From positions 1-25,520 of the forward strand of contig JAZDIV010000083.1 of the NCBI GenBank assembly GCA_043804695.1: a stretch of DNA of 25,520 nt. The letters are read 5' to 3'. Position numbers and translations under genes: made by a program. The notes beneath the pieces are model-generated. The model searched no databases. It was not told where the DNA came from and saw nothing but the letters and a program-made list of their open reading frames with translations. This stretch comes from PVC group bacterium (GTDB lineage: Bacteria > Auribacterota > Erginobacteria > Erginobacterales > Erginobacteraceae). Below are positions 8,539 through 15,639 of the stretch, piece by piece (within the stretch, counting starts at the first letter, position 1; every line of letters starts with the position of its first letter).

Positions 8539-9579
8539 ATGAAAAAGACGCTCAAAGAGATCGCCGGAATGATCGGGGGCGAACTGGCCGGAGACCCTTC
8601 CATTACCGTCGGGAAGATCGCCGGCCTGGAGGGAGCGGAGCCCGGCTCTCTGGTCTGGATAGAGAAGAAGAGATATCTGAAAGACGCCGAGAAAACAGCG
8701 GCAGCGGCCGTCATCTGCGGCCGCGAGATCGAATCGTCCCTGAAGCCCCTGATCCGGGTCGACAACCCCCGGCTGGCTTTCGCCCGGCTGGCCCAGGTTT
8801 TCTTTCCGCCCCGCCGGTTCGCCCCCGGCATTTCTCCCGACGCTACCGTCAGCCCGGAAGCCGGGATCGGGAGCGGGGTCTCGATCCAGCCCCGGGCGGT
8901 GATCGAGGCGGGGGTGAAGATCGGCGACCGGACGGTGATCGGCGCGGGGACGTTCATCGGTTTGAATTCAAAGGTGGGCTCCGATACCCGGCTCTACCCC
9001 AATGTCACGGTGAATGAAGACGTCGAGATCGGCGATCGCTGTATCATTCACTCCGGGGCGGTCTTAGGCGGGGATGGATTCGGATATGTTCAGGACGAAA
9101 CCGGGCTCCAGGTCAAGATTCCCCAGGTTGGAAAAGTAATCATCGAGGACAACGTCGAGATCGGCTGTAACGTCTGCGTCGACCGAGCCACTTTCGGCGA
9201 GACCATTATCAGAAAGGGAACCAAGATCGACAACCTGGTTCAGATCGCCCACAACGACGATATCGGAGAAAACTGCGCCATATCGGGACTGAGCGCCCTG
9301 GCCGGATCGGTTAAAACGGGAAAGAACGTAATCATGGGCGGCCAGTGCGGCATTGCCGACCATGTTGAGATCGGAGATAACGTCATACTGGGCGCCCGGG
9401 CCGGGCTTGCCCCCCATAAGAAGGTTAAACCCAACCAGATCCTCTGGGGGGCGCCCGCCCGACCCATCAATGAAGCCAAGCTGCTCTATGTCATGGAATC
9501 ACGGAAATTGAAGGAGATCATGCAGGAGAGAGAAAGCTGGAAAAAACAGGATGACGCGGCGGATGAAAATGGGAAATAG
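8539..9579 (+). CDS. lpxD: UDP-3-O-(3-hydroxyacyl)glucosamine N-acyltransferase
   Basis: LpxD N-domain (VDNPRLAFA), hexapeptide repeats, GGDGFGY, KIPQVGKVIIEDNVEIG, DRATF, TKIDNLVQIAHN. Confidence 0.96.
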   Translation: MKKTLKEIAGMIGGELAGDPSITVGKIAGLEGAEPGSLVWIEKKRYLKDAEKTAAAAVICGREIESSLKPLIRVDNPRLAFARLAQVFFPPRRFAPGISPDATVSPEAGIGSGVSIQPRAVIEAGVKIGDRTVIGAGTFIGLNSKVGSDTRLYPNVTVNEDVEIGDRCIIHSGAVLGGDGFGYVQDETGLQVKIPQVGKVIIEDNVEIGCNVCVDRATFGETIIRKGTKIDNLVQIAHNDDIGENCAISGLSALAGSVKTGKNVIMGGQCGIADHVEIGDNVILGARAGLAPHKKVKPNQILWGAPARPINEAKLLYVMESRKLKEIMQERESWKKQDDAADENGK

Positions 9580-9594
9580 ACGCAGATTATCAAG

Positions 9595-9623
9595 TTGCCT
9601 CTCTAATAGATATATAGTATATT
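9595..9623 (+). promoter_or_regulatory. Candidate sigma70 promoter for the first protease unit
   Basis: TTGCCT-17 nt-TATATT. Confidence 0.45.
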
Positions 9624-9641
9624 TAAAAGGCTTCTGCAAAA

Positions 9642-9695
9642 TATAAATTAGCGAACCCCGATTTTATCGGGGTAGACTACGGGAGATAATTTATA
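9642..9695. repeat. Palindromic element abutting ATG 9696
   Basis: TATAAATTA GCGA ACCCCGAT-TTT-ATCGGGGT AGACTACGGGAGA TAATTTATA; shares outer arms with 5323/8496/13604 and the inner CCCCGAT stem with 8185. Confidence 0.7.
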
Positions 9696-10379
9696 ATGAA
9701 GAAAATCACAATGGCTGTTTATCAGGCTGTCCCGGTCTTCTGTCTCAGCCTGCTCGTTTTTCTCTGCCCGGCCGTCGCCGCCGAAACGGCGCCGCCGGAA
9801 GCCGTGGCGGCGGCGGAATCGGGGCTGGCCCAGTTTTTAACCGAACTCCCCGACAGTGAGATGGGCAACTTCGGCTTTTTACCGGGTGACCGTCTCTCCG
9901 CCGCCCGCGTCGGAATCCCCCTCCAGCTGTACACGATCACGCCGGACGTCCTTTTCAACGCCGCGGCTGACGCATCTGTCGATGCCCTCCTCTCACCCAC
10001 CGGGAGATGGTTCTTTCCGGTTATCCTGGAGGGAACGCCGCGGGCCATCCTGACGGTGGAGCGGATGGACGGGAAGTGGGAGGCGGTGACGCTCGGGATG
10101 ACCCCCCTCGCCGGAGAACTGGAGAAGATCCGGCGGCAGTGGCCGGGTGGGGAAGGCTATCATCCGAAACTGGTGGCCGTCTACCAGGCGGCTTCCTATT
10201 TCTTCACGGTTCCGGAGAAGGACAATAAGAATTTCACTCCCCTCACCTTCGACGGGGTGGGGTTCAGGGGCTATTATCAGAAGACCGGCCCCGAGTACTC
10301 CTCGACCGCCACACTCTCCGAAGTGATCGGGCCGCTCCGGGAGGCGGTGGAGGAAAACATCCGCTTCTATCAAAAGTAG
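9696..10379 (+). CDS. Secreted protein, candidate free-standing propeptide/chaperone of the downstream cysteine protease
   Basis: Signal peptide; VGIPLQLYTI...WFFPVILEGTPRAILTV...LAGELEKI resembles staphopain prodomain motifs as recalled; 23 nt upstream of the protease gene. Confidence 0.6.
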   Translation: MKKITMAVYQAVPVFCLSLLVFLCPAVAAETAPPEAVAAAESGLAQFLTELPDSEMGNFGFLPGDRLSAARVGIPLQLYTITPDVLFNAAADASVDALLSPTGRWFFPVILEGTPRAILTVERMDGKWEAVTLGMTPLAGELEKIRRQWPGGEGYHPKLVAVYQAASYFFTVPEKDNKNFTPLTFDGVGFRGYYQKTGPEYSSTATLSEVIGPLREAVEENIRFYQK

Positions 10380-10402
10380 GCACCCGGAGAGCAGAGGATA
10401 CA

Positions 10403-11776
10403 ATGAAGAAACACATTGCCGTTGTTTTTTTGCTGATTGCCGGACTGCTGTCGGCTGGGGCAATTTCCGCCTCGGCCGGGATCTTGAGTGTCCCGGTGCT
10501 TTACCAGCAGCAGGAGCAATGGTGCTGGGCGGCCTCCTGCCAGATGATTCTCTCTTACTACGGTTACTCCTCCACCCAGTGTGACATGGCCAACTGGTGC
10601 TTTTATCAGACTTCCTGCTGCAACAACGTGATCTGGCCGTCCGGGACCGGCCCCTCCTGCAACCAGTCGAACTGGATCTTCGGGTACGACCGGGACATGC
10701 AGGATGTCCTGGTGGCATGGGGATCGATTTATGGTACCGGCGTATCCTCGTATCTGCTCTGGTCGACACTCACCTCCGAGATCGACTCCAGCCGGCCCTT
10801 TGTGATCGGGTTCTCCTGGAGCGGTGGAGGGGGGCACGCCCTGGTCGGCCGGGGATACTCCGGTGGTTATGTCTATTACAACGACCCCTGGCCCGGCAAC
10901 GGATATATGTACGCGATCTATAGCTGGATGTGTTACGGCTGCTCGGAAGGCGTCTGCCACACCTGGGACGAGAGCTACTGTCTCACCACCAGCCCGGCCG
11001 CGGCTGCCGACCGCGCCCCGCTCCAGTTGTTCGCGGGGGATTTTAATGGCGATGCGTATTCCGACATCGCCGTTTTCCGGCCCTCTTCCGGCCTCTGGTC
11101 GGTGCGGGGGGTGACCCGGACTTATTTCGGCCGGAGCGGCGATATCCCGGTCCCGGCCGATTTTAACGGGGACAGCCGGGCCGATCTGGCCATCTTCCGC
11201 CCCTCCTCCGGGCTCTGGTCGGTGAAGGGGATTACCCGGTTTTATTTCGGCCGGAGCGGCGATATTCCGATCCCGATGCACTACAAGGCGGGCGGCAACA
11301 CGGCCTGCGTCTTCCGTCCCTCTGCCGGACTTTGGGCGACCCGGGGGGGGAACCGGGTATATTTCGGAAGAAGCGGCGATAACCCGGTGCCCGGCCCCTA
11401 TGCCAGCCGCGACGGGCGAAGAGGATCCGTCAACTACGCCATCTTCCGCCCCTCCACCGGCCTCTGGTCGATCAAGGGCTTGACCCGGTTGTATTTCGGC
11501 CGGAGCGGGGATACCCCGGTCCCGGGGGCGTACACCACAGGTTCTACCGACACCTGGAAACCGGCAATCTTCCGAGCCGCCAGCGGCCTCTGGTCGGTGC
11601 GCGGGGTGACCCGGGCCTACTTCGGCCGGAGCGGGGATACCCCGGTCCCGGCCGATTACACCGGCTACTGGGGCGACGAGATGGCGGTCTTCCGGGCCAG
11701 CTCCGGCCTCTGGTCGATCCGGGGCGGGAACCGCTATTATTTCGGCCGTTCCGGGGACCTCCCGGCGACGAGATAG
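10403..11776 (+). CDS. Secreted papain-fold cysteine protease (C39-like/C70 type) with 6 C-terminal FG-GAP-like repeats
   Basis: Signal peptide; LSVPVLYQQQEQWCWAASCQM (Gln/Cys), GGHALVGRGY (His), YYNDPW (Asp); repeats 11036-11773. Confidence 0.88.
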   Translation: MKKHIAVVFLLIAGLLSAGAISASAGILSVPVLYQQQEQWCWAASCQMILSYYGYSSTQCDMANWCFYQTSCCNNVIWPSGTGPSCNQSNWIFGYDRDMQDVLVAWGSIYGTGVSSYLLWSTLTSEIDSSRPFVIGFSWSGGGGHALVGRGYSGGYVYYNDPWPGNGYMYAIYSWMCYGCSEGVCHTWDESYCLTTSPAAAADRAPLQLFAGDFNGDAYSDIAVFRPSSGLWSVRGVTRTYFGRSGDIPVPADFNGDSRADLAIFRPSSGLWSVKGITRFYFGRSGDIPIPMHYKAGGNTACVFRPSAGLWATRGGNRVYFGRSGDNPVPGPYASRDGRRGSVNYAIFRPSTGLWSIKGLTRLYFGRSGDTPVPGAYTTGSTDTWKPAIFRAASGLWSVRGVTRAYFGRSGDTPVPADYTGYWGDEMAVFRASSGLWSIRGGNRYYFGRSGDLPATR

Positions 11777-11864
11777 AGAATAGGGAATGGGGATTGGGGA
11801 ATAGGGAATAGCCGCCAATCCCCAATCCCCAATCCCTAATCCCCATTCCCCATCCCCTCTTCCC
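11777..11864. repeat. Inverted heptamer arrays (GGAATAG/GGATTGG x5, CCGC, CAATCCC-like x7), able to form a hairpin
   Basis: Read directly after the stop codon at 11776. Confidence 0.88.
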
Positions 11865-11917
11865 AAGCTGTCTTTTCCGGTGTATATTTATAAATTGAAA
11901 GACTGGAGAGGCATAGG

Positions 11918-13345
11918 ATGAAAGGCAGTCATAAAGCAACAACAGTAGCTCTTTTCATCATGTTCCTCCCTCCCGCTGCAATCACTGCCCGGGCCGACGC
12001 CTTGCTCCCCTTCGAACCGGATGACACTCTGGAAGAGATCCGCTACAAGATCGATTATAACGGGTACGATTTCACCGTTGGCAGTAACTGGGTCTTTGAC
12101 CTGCCGGAAAACGAGAAAACGGCCTTCTTCAGCCGCCGCGCACCTCTCTATCCACGGCGCGGGGGCGCCGGTGACGAGATCGGGCCCCTGGGCGATATCC
12201 TCGGCACCTTCGATCTTCCATCCAGCTTCGACTGGCGGAGCTACAACGGGCACAGCTATATCGGCCCCATCAGGGACCAGGGAAACTGCGGATCCTGCTA
12301 CGCCTTCGCGGCGGCGGCCGCCGCCGAAGGGACCTACAACCGGGCCAACGGTCTCTACGACGGGGACCGGGCTGACTTCTCCGAGGCTTTCATCGCCTTC
12401 TGCCTCTCCGACCACTACAGCCAGCACTTCGACGGGTGCGACGGGGCCGACTACGACTACTACGAACTGGAGGCCCTCGTACAGTACGGAATCTGCGGCG
12501 AGACGGTTTATCCCTATTCCGACCACGACCAGTCCTGTCCGCTCTCGCCATATCCTTCTCTCCAGCAATTCCAGGCCTGGCATCGGATCCCCTGCAACGA
12601 TATCGAAGCGATCAAGTCCGCGATCATGACCTACGGGGTGGTCGACGCGGCGGTGGAAGTGGGGAGCGCGTTCGAGAGCTACAGAGGAGGGATTTACCAG
12701 GACACCAACACCAGCTGTGGTGCCAGCCCCTGCTACTACACCGATACCAACCACGCCATCTCACTGGTAGGCTGGAACGACAACGGGGGAAACGGATACT
12801 GGATCCTCCGGAACTCCTGGGGGACGAGCTGGGGGGAAAGCGGCTACATGCGGATCAGCTATACCTCCGCGTTCGTCTCCTGCGAGGCCGCCTACCTGGT
12901 GTACGGGGAAACACCGCCGCCCGCTCCGACGCCGCCCCCGGTCCCGACCCCGCCGCCGGGGCCCACCCCGGCGCCCTATCTCCCGGGGGATTACAATGGC
13001 GACGGCACGGCCGACCTGGCCGTCTTCCGGCCCTCAACCGGTCTCTGGGCGGTTAAGAGCGTCACCCGGGCTTACTACGGTGCTTCGGGTGACACCCCGG
13101 TTTCCGGGGACTACAACGGAGACCGCCGGTCCGACATCGCCATCTTCCGCCCTGCCAGCGGCCTCTGGGCGATCCGGGGGATCGCCCGGCTCTACTTCGG
13201 GAACAGTTGGGCCGTCCCGGCCTCGGGTGACTACACGGGGGCCGGGAAATACACCCCGGCTTTTTTCCGGAACGGATTATGGAAAATAAGGAACGTCACC
13301 GATGTCTATTTCGGGCGGACAGGAGATAGCCCGATGGCGAGGTAA
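11918..13345 (+). CDS. Secreted C1 (papain family) peptidase, Pro/Thr linker, 3 FG-GAP-like repeats
   Basis: LPSSFDWR, DQGNCGSCYAF, NHAISLVGW, RNSWGTSWGESGYMRI; repeats 12986-13342. Confidence 0.93.
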   Translation: MKGSHKATTVALFIMFLPPAAITARADALLPFEPDDTLEEIRYKIDYNGYDFTVGSNWVFDLPENEKTAFFSRRAPLYPRRGGAGDEIGPLGDILGTFDLPSSFDWRSYNGHSYIGPIRDQGNCGSCYAFAAAAAAEGTYNRANGLYDGDRADFSEAFIAFCLSDHYSQHFDGCDGADYDYYELEALVQYGICGETVYPYSDHDQSCPLSPYPSLQQFQAWHRIPCNDIEAIKSAIMTYGVVDAAVEVGSAFESYRGGIYQDTNTSCGASPCYYTDTNHAISLVGWNDNGGNGYWILRNSWGTSWGESGYMRISYTSAFVSCEAAYLVYGETPPPAPTPPPVPTPPPGPTPAPYLPGDYNGDGTADLAVFRPSTGLWAVKSVTRAYYGASGDTPVSGDYNGDRRSDIAIFRPASGLWAIRGIARLYFGNSWAVPASGDYTGAGKYTPAFFRNGLWKIRNVTDVYFGRTGDSPMAR

Positions 13346-13353
13346 ACAAAGAA

Positions 13354-13383
13354 CGCATAGCGCATAGAGCAGAGTGCATAGAG
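13354..13383 (+). repeat. Short heptamer array CGCATAG CGCATAG AGCAGAG TGCATAG
   Basis: Read directly. Confidence 0.6.
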
Positions 13384-13400
13384 ACTGGGGAGCTAACTTA

Positions 13401-13455
13401 CTGTTTCGGAATTCCAATAACCGGATAAAATCCGGTTATTGAAATTCCGAAACAG
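13401..13455. repeat. 26-bp inverted repeat (one mismatch, 3-nt loop); possible terminator or stabilising hairpin
   Basis: CTGTTTCGGAATTCCAATAACCGGAT-AAA-ATCCGGTTATTGAAATTCCGAAACAG. Confidence 0.8.
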
Positions 13456-13603
13456 ACGAAAAAGCAACCAGGGAAAAATATTTTGTTTAGTTTTGTTACG
13501 CTAAAGTCTTACCGTTGTTTATTGAGCAGTTGCATTCAAACTAATTCTTGGATAATCATCGGTCTGATACACGTTTAAAAGGTACAATTCACTCCAATTC
13601 TTC

Positions 13604-13630
13604 TAAATTAGCGCCGGAGGCGCTAATTTA
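13604..13630. repeat. Small palindromic element upstream of the GTG at 13652
   Basis: TAAATTAGCGCC-GGA-GGCGCTAATTTA. Confidence 0.75.
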
Positions 13631-13651
13631 CTGCTGAAAACGGCGAAGACA

Positions 13652-15457
13652 GTGAAACGTTCTCATATAATAATAATAGTGGTATCGTGGGTGCTCATGA
13701 TCACGGCAATGCCCCGGGCACAAGCTCGTGACTATCCCCTGATGCGGCCGGACCCGGCCACCAAGCGGTCCTGGATAGACTCCTACGAGGCCGCGCCCCG
13801 GGCCTACATCGACCCCAATCTCCAGCCGCGCCGGGGTTCGCTAAGCCTTCTCAGCCACCTCCAGTACACCCCCTCCCAGCGGGACCAGGACTCCTGCGGC
13901 AACTGCTGGGCCTGGGCGGGGACCGGCTGCCTGGCCATCGCCCTTGATGTGCAGGAGAGCATCAAGGACCGCCTCTCCATCCAGTACCTCAACAACTGCG
14001 GGACCGAGATCTCCTGCTGTCAAGGTGGCTGGCTATACAACGTGGTTAATTTTTACGGGAGCGTGAAAAAGGCCGTTCCCTGGTCAAACACCGGGGCATC
14101 CTGGCAGGACGGAGGTGGATCGTGCAATTCAACCTGCAGTAACGTCTCAACCTCGCCCAGTTATGCCATCTCCTCCACATCCTATTCGAGCGTGACGACC
14201 CACAACGTCGGCCAGACCACCGCCGTCAATAACCTGAAGAACGTTCTCAGCCAGGGGAAGGCGATCTGGTTCGGCTTCTTCATGTCCACCAACGCCGACT
14301 GGACCAGCTTTGAGAATTTCTGGGATCAGCAGGCTGAAACGGCGGTCTGGGATTTCGACCCGACCTGCGGCAAGACGCCGGACGCCGGCACGGGGGGGCA
14401 CGCGGTGCTCTGTGTCGGCTACAACGACGATGATTCCCAGAACAGCTACTGGATCATGCTCAACTCCTGGGGGACCACCCTCGGGCGGCCCAACGGTCTC
14501 TTCCGTGTCGCCATGGACATGGACTACGATTGCGTGGAAGGCGGCGGCTGGGGCGACTACAACCATTATTGGCAGACCATCGATGTGACCTTTGGCGACG
14601 TCGGCGCGCCGACCCCCGTTGTCAACCCGACCCCGGTCACCGGTCCGACGCCGCCCCCCGGCGGGACCGGAGACACGTTCGGGTCTCCGCTCATTATCCC
14701 GGCCAACTACCGCGCCGGCGGGAGCAATGCCGGGTTCACCGATGACTACCAGGTGTATGACGGCTGGATCAGCGGGGAGACGGGGCCCGACCTGGTCTAC
14801 CGCTTCACCACTTCCGGCGCCGGGGGGCTTGTTATTCATCTGACCGGACTCTCGGAGGACCTCGATGTATTTCTCTGCGACGGTCCCTCGGTCAATTCGG
14901 TCTCTGCCTCCAGTTACGGACCGGGCACATCGTCGGAGCAGATCGAGATCGCCAGCGCCCCCGCCGGGACCTATTACCTGGTAATTGACGGCTGGTGGGG
15001 CGCGGTGAGTTCATACGCATTGAGTATCGCCTCCGATTTCGCCGCCCCCACACCGGTTCCGGGCCCGACACCCGTCCCGGGGACTGTCTCCCATGCCGGT
15101 GATTATAATGGGGACGGATACGACGACATCGCCATTTTCCGGTCTTCCTGCGGTCTCTGGGCGATCCGGGGGGTGACCCGGGCCTACTTCGGAAAAAGCG
15201 GCGACCTGCCCGTCCCGGGAGATTATGACGGCGACGGCCGCTACGAAGTGACCGTATTCCGGAACAGCTCGGCTCTCTGGGCGATCCGGGGGATCACCCG
15301 GATCTACTTCGGGAAGACCGGCGACCGCCCGGTGCCGAGCGATTATGACGGGAACGGCACCTTTGAGCCGGCCTTTTTCCGAAAAGGCCTCTGGGCCGCC
15401 CGGGGGGTGACCAGGGCTTATTTCGGTATCGCCGGCGATCTTCCGGCCATCCGCTGA
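13652..15457 (+). CDS. Secreted C1-family peptidase, PPC-like beta-sandwich, Pro/Thr linkers, 3 FG-GAP-like repeats
   Basis: Signal peptide; DQDSCGNCWAW, GHAVLCVGY, LNSWG; DLDVFL...EQIEIASAPAGTYYLVIDG (PPC-like); repeats 15098-15454. Confidence 0.9.
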   Translation: MKRSHIIIIVVSWVLMITAMPRAQARDYPLMRPDPATKRSWIDSYEAAPRAYIDPNLQPRRGSLSLLSHLQYTPSQRDQDSCGNCWAWAGTGCLAIALDVQESIKDRLSIQYLNNCGTEISCCQGGWLYNVVNFYGSVKKAVPWSNTGASWQDGGGSCNSTCSNVSTSPSYAISSTSYSSVTTHNVGQTTAVNNLKNVLSQGKAIWFGFFMSTNADWTSFENFWDQQAETAVWDFDPTCGKTPDAGTGGHAVLCVGYNDDDSQNSYWIMLNSWGTTLGRPNGLFRVAMDMDYDCVEGGGWGDYNHYWQTIDVTFGDVGAPTPVVNPTPVTGPTPPPGGTGDTFGSPLIIPANYRAGGSNAGFTDDYQVYDGWISGETGPDLVYRFTTSGAGGLVIHLTGLSEDLDVFLCDGPSVNSVSASSYGPGTSSEQIEIASAPAGTYYLVIDGWWGAVSSYALSIASDFAAPTPVPGPTPVPGTVSHAGDYNGDGYDDIAIFRSSCGLWAIRGVTRAYFGKSGDLPVPGDYDGDGRYEVTVFRNSSALWAIRGITRIYFGKTGDRPVPSDYDGNGTFEPAFFRKGLWAARGVTRAYFGIAGDLPAIR

Positions 15458-15502
15458 CCTCCTTTCTTCCAGCGGTTCTTTGTGCGTTATCTGTACTTTA
15501 CC

Positions 15503-15531
15503 TTGACAGGCGGTAATTATGTGAGTATACT
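15503..15531 (+). promoter_or_regulatory. Near-consensus sigma70 promoter
   Basis: TTGACA-17 nt-TATACT; conserved in the paralogous block at 22193-22222. Confidence 0.75.
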
Positions 15532-15639
15532 TTAATATGCGAATTGCTTTTTGACATATTGCCACGTATTTTAAAATGCAGGAAAGGCAAGACGTGATAT
15601 TATTTTTTATAATAACCTCTTCGAGTAAGGTATAGCTAA

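Noticed and set aside
10370..12754. Long antisense ORFs (10370-11866, 11888-12754; also 2162-3352, 6760-7692, 19039-20073, 23005-23853)
   Set aside because: Shadows of GC-rich sense genes with clear protein motifs; they show no recognisable domains
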